From a virus (taxonomy: Duplodnaviria > Caudoviricetes): 64,000 bases of DNA. The stretch spans positions 6,176 through 70,175 of the IMG/VR virus record IMGVR_UViG_3300044735_000130. One strand, given 5' to 3'. Shown one piece after another: positions 55,610-64,000 of the stretch (position 1 is its first letter; each line of letters begins with the position of its first letter). The notes under the pieces were generated by a model, which searched no databases, was not told the DNA's origin, and saw nothing but the letters and a program-made list of their open reading frames with translations. The translations under genes were made by a program, and so were the position numbers.

Positions 55610-55650
55610 GGTCTTTGCTCCTAGTGAGGGTGGAATTACCCTACGCTCAT

Positions 55651-55679
55651 AAGATACCTCCAGAGGAAGGATATAACAA
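55651..55679 (-). promoter_or_regulatory. Early operon sigma70-type promoter
   Basis: TTGTTA-N17-TATCTT, ~40 nt upstream of the DUF932 start. Confidence 0.7.
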
Positions 55680-55764
55680 GGGTAGGACTAAGCCGATCGC
55701 ATAAGAAAAGCGGAACAAATCACCCCGATTTATGCTTGGCGGACTGAATAAGGATTAGATCCCC

Positions 55765-56484
55765 ATGGAAGAGCTAACCCCCCTAACCGACCTAACCCCC
55801 GAATTCCCCCCAAAAGGCAAAAAAAGGCCCGAACGGCTTAAACACGCCAACCCCGCCAACGTCCCCACCATCGGCACCGGAAGCACAAACGAATCCCTCA
55901 CCGATGACGATATCGCCGAAGCCTTCTCTAAAGCCGGCGGCCAACCCAAAAGGGTCAAAGGACGGCTTTCCTCCGATGTGGGCGCCTATAAGCCCGAGTA
56001 CTGCCAATCCCTGATCGATTTCTTCGACCGACCCCCCACCCGGGAAATCCTCGAAACCTGGTATCATTCGGATGGATCGGTTAAAAGAGAAAGCCTAAAG
56101 GAAATCCCGAACAGCCCCCCCCACCTCGGCCAATGGGCCATGTCCATCGGATTTTATCCGTTCGTGGCGTATGAGTGGGCGCGGAAACATAAAGATTTTG
56201 CCTATGCTCTCGCATGCGCTCGATCTCTCCGTAAGCACCTGGTCATTGATAACGCCCTGAAAGGCCTTTATAACCCGATTTTCGCCAAGCTGGCGGCCGC
56301 CAACTGGTTCCAGTGGTCGGAGAAACAGGACGTGCACCATTCCGGGGAAGTCAAATCCGTCCTCGTGGCCTACCATAAGCCCGAGCGGGAGGCGCCGGTT
56401 CAAATCGAGGCGGCCGAAGTCCTGCCGCTGCCCGGTCCCGCGCCGACCCCTCTCCCTCTACCCGAAGCCGAAGGCGAGGGGTAA
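55765..56484 (+). CDS. Terminase small subunit
   Basis: YKPEYCQ.LIDFF..PP.L..WA..IG....YEWA..H.DFA.A...LIDNALKGLYNPIFAK..WSEKQDV. Confidence 0.8.
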   Translation: MEELTPLTDLTPEFPPKGKKRPERLKHANPANVPTIGTGSTNESLTDDDIAEAFSKAGGQPKRVKGRLSSDVGAYKPEYCQSLIDFFDRPPTREILETWYHSDGSVKRESLKEIPNSPPHLGQWAMSIGFYPFVAYEWARKHKDFAYALACARSLRKHLVIDNALKGLYNPIFAKLAAANWFQWSEKQDVHHSGEVKSVLVAYHKPEREAPVQIEAAEVLPLPGPAPTPLPLPEAEGEG

Positions 56485-56742
56485 CAATGCATTCGAATGC
56501 AATTGCATTCCCCCCGGGGAGGAGGGGGACAGTACGTGGGGGTATAGGGGGGGCCCATGGGTTCCCTAAAATGCCCCTCTAAGCCGATCCGACTTCCGTA
56601 CGACCCCCTGCCCCGTTAGACGGTCCTTTTATCCCGCCCGTGGACAATCGGCATTTTGGGACACCTCCCCCACCCCGCCCGGTGGCCGCTCGGTAGCCTT
56701 GGAAGCACCGGACAGGCCACCAGCCGGCCACCGCCAAAAAAT

Positions 56743-56997
56743 TTAGCCCTTAGGCCCCTTCCCGCTGTTTGACCCGGCCCGGCTGGCCAGGCTGATGCCG
56801 AACTTTTGACGGGTGTAGTCGAAGCGGAAGAAGCGGTACAGGAGGTCCAGCTTGTACTCTGCCCGTTCTCGTTCCCGGGGGTCGAGCCAGGGGCCGTGGG
56901 CGGAGCAGAGTTGGTTTTCCAGGTGGAGGTATTCCTGGAACTTGGCGGGGTAGGCGAGGATGAGGTCTTCGGTGGAGTCGGCGTTAATGGGCGGCAC
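56743..56997 (-). CDS. Hypothetical protein
   Basis: Coupled to the upstream RHH gene. Confidence 0.5.
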   Translation of the reverse strand: MPPINADSTEDLILAYPAKFQEYLHLENQLCSAHGPWLDPRERERAEYKLDLLYRFFRFDYTRQKFGISLASRAGSNSGKGPKG

Positions 56998-57214
56998 GGG
57001 CCTTCATCCTTTCGTTGTAGGCTTGGACGGTTTGGTTGTAGTAGTGGCGGATGGCTTTGCGGCAGAAGGAGGAGAGGGATTCGGCGCGGTAGCCTTTTTC
57101 TTGGGCGAGGCGTTCGAGGAGAATGGGGATAGCGTGGTCGAGGTCGGCGTCGAGGCGGATGCCGCGGTAGACCTTGCTTTTATTGTCCTCGGGACTCGGG
57201 GTGTAGGTGCTCAT
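56984..57214 (-). CDS. RHH-like regulator (leaderless)
   Basis: KVYRGIRLDADLD....SLSSFCRKAIRHY; GGACTT-N17-TACAAT 6 nt before the ATG. Confidence 0.6.
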   Translation of the reverse strand: MSTYTPSPEDNKSKVYRGIRLDADLDHAIPILLERLAQEKGYRAESLSSFCRKAIRHYYNQTVQAYNERMKARAAH

Positions 57215-57291
57215 GGATCCATTGTATAACGCCTTTTTTAGGAAAGTCCGGATTATCGCATTGGAGAATGGAGGAGGCAAGGGGGTACCAG

Positions 57292-57732
57292 ATGCAGTTC
57301 AAGTTCCGGGATCGGGTGAGGGTCGTGTCGCAGCCGTCGAAGATTGTGCGGCCGGATGGGCATGTGAGCCAGGGGGAGTTCTTCGAGGGGGCGGAGGGGA
57401 CCGTCATTCGACATGATCCGCAGAAGGAAGGATACCTGTTGGTCATGGACTGCCCCGAGCTCTCGGCCCTGATGGGCGAGAACATCACCGCCAGCTTCCG
57501 GGAGTATGAGCTGGAGCTGGTGCACTCGGTGAAGGAGCAGCGGGAGAAGGATGAGGAAGCGCGGAAGCAGGTGGGGACAGCGCGGCCCTACACGGTTCCG
57601 GGTGGAACCTTGACTACGAACGGGCCTTATTTCATCCCGGCCAATACGGGAGAGAACATTGTTCCCTTTCTGACCAAGGAGCAACGGCTGAAGCGGAAGG
57701 CCCGCGGTCTGGAGGGCAAGGCCGATGCTTGA
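57292..57732 (+). CDS. KOW/SH3-like fold protein
   Basis: FKFRDRVRV...GAEGTVI..YLLV..SFREYELELV. Confidence 0.55.
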   Translation: MQFKFRDRVRVVSQPSKIVRPDGHVSQGEFFEGAEGTVIRHDPQKEGYLLVMDCPELSALMGENITASFREYELELVHSVKEQREKDEEARKQVGTARPYTVPGGTLTTNGPYFIPANTGENIVPFLTKEQRLKRKARGLEGKADA

Positions 57733-57863
57733 TCTCTCCCCTACCCCCACCCGCTTTCCGATTCCTACCGGCTTCGAATCCTGGTTTTATTGGACGGGCG
57801 AGTACGTGCGCTCCCGATTGACCGGCCTCCGCTACAGCGTGGAGGCGGCTCGGGTGCTCTTGA

Positions 57864-58679
57864 ATGTCCGTCGCACCTAAGGGCTTAACGACGGCGGCGT
57901 TCTTTGCCAAGAACGACGACCTTGCGCAGCGATATCCTCTAGCCTCCGAGTCCGCCCGGAGGAACATCCTTGATGAGCTGTATAAGCTGGACCTGCACCT
58001 CTTCCAGGCGTGGCGGGTCTTGGGGGAGGATCGCGAGGACTATAAGCAGTCGGCCGTCCTCTGGCTGGCCCGGGCCCTGGAGACGTATAAGCCGGGCAAG
58101 GGGCCGTTTGTCCACTGGCTCCGCTTCTACGTCCAGAAGACTTTTACCGCCCACGTTCGCGACTACAAATCCTCCTTAAGCTTATCAGAGGCAGAGGAGG
58201 ACCATGCGGCCGCACCGGAAGAGGAAGAGCCGGACCCTGTCTTCTGGCGGGCGCTGAAGGCGAAGACGACCCCCGAAGAATGGGACCTGATCGAACGGCG
58301 GTTCCTGAAAGGGCAGGATATCCAGGAAATCGCCAAGGACTTGGGCACCTATCCCGAGAAGATCCGTGGGCCGATCAAGGAGGTTCTGGAGCGTTTCAAG
58401 GTCTCCACAATAAAACCCAATAAGATGGGCGAAAATTTTTCGGACCTGGACGACGCCGGCGCGCGGTGGATCAAGCGGCCGGAGCTGGGGCGGATTCTCG
58501 GCCTCTCCCCGCACAAGCTCAACTGCATGACCAATCCGAATATCCCCCGCCATTACACCTCGACCATGATCCACCCCCATGACATCATCCGCGTCCCCAC
58601 GATTCGCATCCGATTCCTTTTAACTGATAAAGGCCTCATTTATCCCCGCCTGGTTCCCCGCCCCAAGATCAAGCGCTGA
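57864..58679 (+). CDS. Phage sigma-70-like transcription factor with an extra C-terminal HTH
   Basis: Region 2-like EDYKQSAVLWLARALETYKPGKGPFVHWLRFY; region 4-like EEWDLIERRF.KGQDIQEIAKDLG. Confidence 0.7.
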   Translation: MSVAPKGLTTAAFFAKNDDLAQRYPLASESARRNILDELYKLDLHLFQAWRVLGEDREDYKQSAVLWLARALETYKPGKGPFVHWLRFYVQKTFTAHVRDYKSSLSLSEAEEDHAAAPEEEEPDPVFWRALKAKTTPEEWDLIERRFLKGQDIQEIAKDLGTYPEKIRGPIKEVLERFKVSTIKPNKMGENFSDLDDAGARWIKRPELGRILGLSPHKLNCMTNPNIPRHYTSTMIHPHDIIRVPTIRIRFLLTDKGLIYPRLVPRPKIKR

Positions 58680-58695
58680 GGCGGATTAGACTCCC

Positions 58696-60297
58696 ATGAC
58701 CTACACGAGTATGAAGGGGGAGTGGTTCAATCCCGAGGACCCCTTAGCCAAGCTCGAGCCGGAGCGGCGCGTCATTTACCCCCAGAAAGGGTCGCAGCTG
58801 ACCATGCTCACCACGAACGCCACGGAGGTGTTCATGGGCGGCGAGGCCGGCGGCGGCAAATCGTTCGGCTTCCTTCTGGACTTCCTCGAAGACATCGATA
58901 AGCCGCAAGCCAACGGCCTCTTTCTCCGCCGGCATTACACCGACCTGGAAGGCATCATCCACGAGGCCTTGGGGCTGTACAAGGGATTCGGCGCTAGCTT
59001 CAACGAGCAGCGGCATACGTTCACGTTCCCAAGTGGGGCCCGGCTTCGCTTCGGCCATCTCAATAACGTCAAGGACGTCTACAACTACACGGGTAACCAG
59101 CGCACCCACTACTACTGGGACGAGCTCTGTCAGTTCCCGAAGATGCCCTACCTCCTCCTCATGGCCTGGCTCCGCTCGCCGGATACGACCATCTTCAAGC
59201 GCATCCGCGCCTCGGGAAACCCGGACGGTGAAGGGTTCCTCTGGGTGAAGGACCGCTTTATCGACAAGCTCCAGCCGATGGAGAAGGCCTGGTTCCTGAC
59301 GAAGCACGATCGGGACACCAAGGTGCCCCCCGGCACGCCCGGCGCCATGCTCCGCCAGTTCATCCCCTGCTACCGCGAAGAGAACAAGGCGCTGATGGAG
59401 AAGGATCCGGGCTACCGCGACCGCCTGGAGCAGCTGCCCGAAGACAAGAAGCGCGCATACAAGTACGGCATCTGGGACCTCGCCGACCGGCCGTTCCAGG
59501 TCGTGCGGACCCGCGACTGGGTCAAGGCGCTTTCGGGGGAGAACCGGAAGCGGCCGGGGCTCTATGCCCTGGGCGCGGACTATGCGGAGCATGGGGACAA
59601 GTGTACCCTCTGCGTCGGCTTCGGGAACCAGGTCCGGAAGTTCAAGGAATGGCCGGGCATGGAGACGCCCGACTTCGGGAAAAAGATCCTCGATGAGGCC
59701 CAAGGCTGCGCGGACATCATGGGCGCGCGGAACGTATCGATCGGTATCGACTCCATCGGCCCGGGCACGGGCGTCTTCCACTTCCTGAAAGGCAATCCCA
59801 AGGGCTACCGCATCGACCCGATGAAGTATAAGGACAAAGCGTACGATCGCCAGGCCGCGGACTCCGCGTACAAGATCCGCTTCAATAACCTGCGCTCGCA
59901 GATGTGGTGGAAATTCAAGGAAGACATGGCCGCAGGGCTGATTGATCTCTCCGACCTGCAGGGCGAAAAGGGCTACTACGAAAACCTGCACCTCCTTCAA
60001 GAAGAGGTTTTGGCGCATACCTACAAGGAAGAGAACGGCGTCATTAAGATCGTGGATAAGAACACCCTCCGCGACGCCGACCACCTGAACCGCTCCCCGG
60101 ATAGAGCCGACGCCTTGGTCATTTGGAATTGGGTCCGTGAACGCCACCGCGAGCACAAGCCCGCCCCCATCGTGGACCTGCACTTCACCCCCGAGGCCGC
60201 CCGCATGCGCGACCTGGTGCGCCGGCGCATGTTCCAGGCGGAAGATACGGATGTCGTGGTGGACGATGAAGATATGAATTCCTGGCAAGCGGGATAG
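58696..60297 (+). CDS. Terminase large subunit
   Basis: Walker A GGEAGGGKS; LFLRR; Walker B YYWDE; ASGNP coupling motif; nuclease GADYA..GD, GIDSIGPG, RSPDRADAL. Confidence 0.93.
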   Translation: MTYTSMKGEWFNPEDPLAKLEPERRVIYPQKGSQLTMLTTNATEVFMGGEAGGGKSFGFLLDFLEDIDKPQANGLFLRRHYTDLEGIIHEALGLYKGFGASFNEQRHTFTFPSGARLRFGHLNNVKDVYNYTGNQRTHYYWDELCQFPKMPYLLLMAWLRSPDTTIFKRIRASGNPDGEGFLWVKDRFIDKLQPMEKAWFLTKHDRDTKVPPGTPGAMLRQFIPCYREENKALMEKDPGYRDRLEQLPEDKKRAYKYGIWDLADRPFQVVRTRDWVKALSGENRKRPGLYALGADYAEHGDKCTLCVGFGNQVRKFKEWPGMETPDFGKKILDEAQGCADIMGARNVSIGIDSIGPGTGVFHFLKGNPKGYRIDPMKYKDKAYDRQAADSAYKIRFNNLRSQMWWKFKEDMAAGLIDLSDLQGEKGYYENLHLLQEEVLAHTYKEENGVIKIVDKNTLRDADHLNRSPDRADALVIWNWVRERHREHKPAPIVDLHFTPEAARMRDLVRRRMFQAEDTDVVVDDEDMNSWQAG

Positions 60298-60309
60298 GAG
60301 AATGGATCT

Positions 60310-60510
60310 ATGGAAGAAGAACGACGGAAGTATGTGAGGGTCAAGCTCAAAAACGGGGATATTAAGGGCTATTCGGGCAAGGACGTGGAGCTGGTTTTTT
60401 TAGACATAAACCAAAAGACATGGTTAATAGTTCAGAGGATCACTCCACCGTATGAAAATGAAGGCTGGAGTATGGATGAGGTGGAATCTTTTCAGGAGCG
60501 CGAGATCTGA
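60310..60510 (+). CDS. Small hypothetical protein
   Basis: AGGAGAA RBS. Confidence 0.5.
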   Translation: MEEERRKYVRVKLKNGDIKGYSGKDVELVFLDINQKTWLIVQRITPPYENEGWSMDEVESFQEREI

Positions 60511-60698
60511 TGGACATGACCGAAGGCGAGTTCCGGGAGATGATGGCCTCCTTGAAGGAGATGTTTGAGGAGTACCTGGAAGAGGTGGAGGCGGAGGAGT
60601 CCATCGAATACTACGGCACCCGCTTCGACCACGCCGACCGCGAGCTGAAAAAATTCCTCAAGTGGATGGAAGGCCCGGATGGACGAGAAACCGTCTAA
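60510..60698 (+). CDS. Small acidic hypothetical protein
   Basis: TGATG coupling. Confidence 0.5.
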   Translation: MDMTEGEFREMMASLKEMFEEYLEEVEAEESIEYYGTRFDHADRELKKFLKWMEGPDGRETV

Positions 60699-60939
60699 GC
60701 CGCCCACCTTCTTTGTGGCGCTGGAACAGTTGATGGAGTCCTACCACGTGGCCGACTACGCTGTCGTGGCCCGCACCGTCGACGCCGAGACGCGCTCCAC
60801 GTGGATTGCTGGCGTCGGGCAGAATATCGTCTCCGACCGCGAACGCGCCATGGTCCTCTATGGGGAGATGGCGCTCCTTCAGAATTCAATCCTCAACCGC
60901 TATACCCTAAAGCCAAATGGATCGCAAGAAGGACATTGA
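60679..60939 (+). CDS. Small hypothetical protein
   Basis: Overlapping chain of small ORFs. Confidence 0.55.
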   Translation: MDEKPSKPPTFFVALEQLMESYHVADYAVVARTVDAETRSTWIAGVGQNIVSDRERAMVLYGEMALLQNSILNRYTLKPNGSQEGH

Positions 60940-61168
60940 AGAATCCGTCAAGAAGATGGTAGCCGACTTCCAGGAGCGGAACGTCGACACGTCCATCCGT
61001 GTCTTCGTCACCCATACCAGCGAAGCCAAATCCTTCGCCTTCACCTACGGCGGCGGCGATTACTTTGCCCAGTACGGCTGCGTCGCTGATTGGTTGGAGA
61101 AGAAGAAGGCGGAGACGTGGCATGATGCCCAGTGCCACGAAGAGGGCGGCGAAGAGCGGGCGCTTTAG
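60917..61168 (+). CDS. Small hypothetical protein
   Basis: Overlapping chain of small ORFs. Confidence 0.55.
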   Translation: MDRKKDIEESVKKMVADFQERNVDTSIRVFVTHTSEAKSFAFTYGGGDYFAQYGCVADWLEKKKAETWHDAQCHEEGGEERAL

Positions 61169-61288
61169 GGTTTCCCTGCATTATACCAAGCCATGAATGC
61201 TACGGGAATAGCCCAATCCCATCCTTTTTTGCGATAGAAGGCGATTACCTCACAAACATCTTGATCAGTAAATCTTTCCATTTAATCT

Positions 61289-61474
61289 CTACGGCTTAAG
61301 CATTTCTGGCCCAATCCCCCACTCTGTCCCGCATTTCCAGCATGTACCATTTAAAATGGTGCCCATGTATCCACAGGGACATGCGCCATTTCGGAGGGCG
61401 GTTATAAGCTTCAAGGCCGCCTCTATGCGCTCCGTGCGCTTGACGCTTTCATCGCGGGCGTCCCTATCTTCCAT
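61289..61474 (-). CDS. Small Zn-ribbon-like protein
   Basis: CPCG...CWKCG. Confidence 0.5.
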   Translation of the reverse strand: MEDRDARDESVKRTERIEAALKLITALRNGACPCGYMGTILNGTCWKCGTEWGIGPEMLKP

Positions 61475-61477
61475 ATT

Positions 61478-61723
61478 TCAATGGGGTTTGGGTTCTTGAG
61501 GGCCGTGCCAAGCGTTTATTAATTCAGCTTCAAAGACGTGGTAACCGTAATGCTCTGTGAAAACATAGACGGAATCATCATCCATAAGAACGAACGCATC
61601 GAACCAGCAGAAGAAGCTGCCATCCTGCATGGAAACAACTACGGGGCCATGAGGAAAATGCTCGCATTGAAGGGCATCTAACCCTGTTTCCACCTTTAGG
61701 ATCTTTGCGAATTCAGCTTTCAT
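61478..61723 (-). CDS. Hypothetical protein
   Basis: VFTEHYGYHVF motif. Confidence 0.55.
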   Translation of the reverse strand: MKAEFAKILKVETGLDALQCEHFPHGPVVVSMQDGSFFCWFDAFVLMDDDSVYVFTEHYGYHVFEAELINAWHGPQEPKPH

Positions 61724-62097
61724 ATTTAATCCCTACGGCCGGGCTTGATTCCGGCTGTCCGATTATTTCGCACACGGATAGCACCACGAAACCTATAGGA
61801 AGCTCCAACTCCAGCTTTACTCATGGATGCTTGTACGTCCTCGCATAACCGGTAGCGCCAACTATGCTTCGCCCGCCGCGGGCGGGCTCCGTACTGCGTA
61901 GGGAAAAGGAGGGAAGCGGAAGTGAAGGCGGGTTTGGACAACAACCCACAACATGGGCAACAAGTTGACCGGCGGCTTACAACAACACCTCGGTTGCCGC
62001 CTGATCGGGAGTCCCAAGGATAACGCCAGCTTAGCAAGCTAGGTGCCCTCATGTTCAAGGACCGTATTTCAACGGTCCTCTATCCGCTTCCCCATTT

Positions 62098-62400
62098 TTA
62101 CTCGTCGCTTCCGATGTTCCCGATCAGCTTTTTGAAATCCGTTTCGGAAACACTAATCACGGTTTTGGCGTTCGATTCCTTGCAGGCCGCGTCGATTTCA
62201 AAAATCGCCAACTTAATCTCCGCCAAGATTGCATCCACTTTTTTCGGGTCATATTTAGGCTTGGAGATTTCGGAATTGTCGCTCCCAAAAAAGCGTGTCT
62301 TCTGGGTTACGGTTTCCTCCAAGAGCTTCTTCAGATCGTTCTCGCGATTCTGAAGCGCCGCCTTAAGAACTAGTGCTTTATTGATTGTGATTTCTGGCAT
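62098..62400 (-). CDS. Coiled-coil hypothetical protein followed by a long non-coding region
   Basis: ITINKALVLKAAL..R..DL...PKYD...VD....EI..IDAA.KESNA.T. Confidence 0.7.
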   Translation of the reverse strand: MPEITINKALVLKAALQNRENDLKKLLEETVTQKTRFFGSDNSEISKPKYDPKKVDAILAEIKLAIFEIDAACKESNAKTVISVSETDFKKLIGNIGSDE

Positions 62401-62487
62401 GGTTTCCCTAATTTGGTTGAAGGAAGGACAATTTAGTCACCCAAATTTCCCTTGTCAAGGAAGGGTAAATAGGGCATATTTGAGCAG

Positions 62488-62703
62488 TTAAGGAGGGCCA
62501 TTCCCATGCACGCCATCCCCTATAAAGGCTTCCTGCTCGTGATCCTTTTCGTGGCTATAGCTATACGCCTGGCGTTCCGGCTCGCGCATTAGGACAAGCG
62601 CGGTTTCTGAGTTCGGAGGTGTCGGTTGGCCACTGCATTGCCTGCACCAGATGCCTAAATAGGTTGGTGTTCCGCATCCGGGGCAAGGTTTATATGCGCT
62701 CAT
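62488..62703 (-). CDS. Small Cys4 protein
   Basis: CPGCG...WCRQC. Confidence 0.5.
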   Translation of the reverse strand: MSAYKPCPGCGTPTYLGIWCRQCSGQPTPPNSETALVLMREPERQAYSYSHEKDHEQEAFIGDGVHGNGPP

Positions 62704-63065
62704 ACTTTAGCCTTTCTTACTTCGATTTTAGCGATTCCTTCCCATAAATCCTCGGGATAGCCCCACGACTGCCGTAACGCTTCAAGGAATCCAAACACGA
62801 ACGTATTCTGCTCCTTTAGGTCCTTCTCGTCAATGATTCCGGTGCGCCAATACTTTTGCCAGTACTCCAGTGGATTTTCGTTCGCCCCATTAGTCAACCA
62901 TTCGCGAAAAAGGTCCTTATACCCCTCCTCCTTGCACGGATAGATATGGGTTACCCCCTTCTTCCCCGTAAGAACCACTTCTAGAGTATCCGGGTCGTTG
63001 CAGGCGGCTTCAATTTCTTCGGGCTTCAAGGCCCAGCCTCCCAGTGAGACGGTCCTCTTGTGCAA
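62700..63065 (-). CDS. Hypothetical protein
   Basis: 121-aa ORF coupled downstream. Confidence 0.5.
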   Translation of the reverse strand: MHKRTVSLGGWALKPEEIEAACNDPDTLEVVLTGKKGVTHIYPCKEEGYKDLFREWLTNGANENPLEYWQKYWRTGIIDEKDLKEQNTFVFGFLEALRQSWGYPEDLWEGIAKIEVRKAKV

Positions 63066-63229
63066 TTGTGGTCATCGAAGGCGATGGTGGTATCCATATC
63101 CTCATACTGCGGCGCCTTGAGGGGAACGGTACAGGTTTTCGTACCCGGCTCTTTATGGGCGACAAGAAGTTCGTCCGGGCCGCTGCAGCCTAAGGCGAAG
63201 AAGATGGGTAAGCATAAGGCTATTTTCAT
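63026..63229 (-). CDS. Small lipoprotein
   Basis: MKIALCLPIFFALG-C lipobox; AAAGGAG RBS. Confidence 0.6.
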   Translation of the reverse strand: MKIALCLPIFFALGCSGPDELLVAHKEPGTKTCTVPLKAPQYEDMDTTIAFDDHNCTRGPSHWEAGP

Positions 63230-63259
63230 GGTGACTCCTTTTCGGTTAAATGAGGATTT

Positions 63260-63955
63260 TCACGACGCCTTCCCGGCCTGAGCTTGAGGGGCCGCCCCAC
63301 GGAGGCGATGCAGGGCCGCGAGAGCGAGGTCAGCATCCTTTATCACGGCCGCCTTGGCGTCCAGAAGGGCGGATTCAATCTCGTCCAGATCATGGGCTTG
63401 AGGGGCCGCCGCCTGGTACGCTCCCCTAGCTGCTGCCTCCAGGGCTGCACGGAGTTCCGGCGGGGTTTCCGGGGTGATATGCAAGGTCGTTTCGACGCTC
63501 TGGGCTTGAGGGGGAGCACCGGCCCCGCCCATGGGGGTTTCCGATGGCCGTTGCAACGCGTGGTCTCGTAGTTGCCCCAGTAGCTCCTGGGAGCCGGGAG
63601 CGGCCTTGCGTAGCGCGCCCTTGAGCTGTTCGACGGTCAGCCTCGCGGCGGGAGCACCGGGGGACTCGACCACCTCCCTGACATGGACGTACCCTTTAGC
63701 GATTGGCTCGCCTTGGCTGTTCCTTGGCTCCTTTTCGGAGATGGCGTATGCATATTCGCCATGCCTGGGGCTCCAAGTCGTCTTGAGCCACCATTCCCGG
63801 CCCGCCGGGGACTCCCGGGACGCCTGGGGGGCCTGCATCGCGTTCAATAGGTCCTTCATAGCCCTTCGGTGCATGGATCGGAATTCGGCTGCCTCGGCCT
63901 GGGAAGACGCCCCCTCCCAAGCTCTCCAAGTGCGCCAAGCTTCATCCGCTGCCAC
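63260..63955 (-). CDS. Ala/Pro-rich hypothetical protein, possibly 5'-truncated by the window
   Basis: 231-aa ORF at the window edge. Confidence 0.55.
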   Translation of the reverse strand: MAADEAWRTWRAWEGASSQAEAAEFRSMHRRAMKDLLNAMQAPQASRESPAGREWWLKTTWSPRHGEYAYAISEKEPRNSQGEPIAKGYVHVREVVESPGAPAARLTVEQLKGALRKAAPGSQELLGQLRDHALQRPSETPMGGAGAPPQAQSVETTLHITPETPPELRAALEAAARGAYQAAAPQAHDLDEIESALLDAKAAVIKDADLALAALHRLRGAAPQAQAGKAS

Positions 63956-64000
63956 GCTCAGGTTGCCCGGCTCCGGGCTGGCGCCCTCCGAGGGGGCCGC

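Overview
Nearly the whole window reads as one temperate, podovirus-like phage genome segment. Left end: an AT-richer lipoprotein gene, three tRNA genes (Leu-CAA, Leu-TAG, Tyr-GTA), a candidate small RNA and a complete tmRNA gene with an unusually long tag, all on the minus strand. 2.6-31.7 kb (+): scaffold, major capsid, head-tail/nozzle, fibre and Ser/Thr/Gly-rich virion proteins, and ejection proteins ending in a 2337-aa protein with a lytic transglycosylase domain and an HExxH motif. 31.6-38.4 kb (-): a six-enzyme nucleotide-sugar/glycosyltransferase cluster. 38.7-50 kb: recombination and regulatory genes (PD-(D/E)XK nuclease, SSB, Dam-type MTase, HNH-like, DUF1064-like, ParA plus RHH partner). 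49.9-55.6 kb (-): an early operon of small genes. 55.8-60.3 kb: terminase small subunit, sigma-70-like factor, terminase large subunit. The main finding is four self-cleaving ribozymes of three classes in the early operon (two type I hammerheads, a P1 twister, a minimal HDV-like ribozyme). Each sits between a stop codon and the next RBS. No portal, integrase, endolysin or replication initiator was recognised. All calls are by eye; no search or folding program was run.
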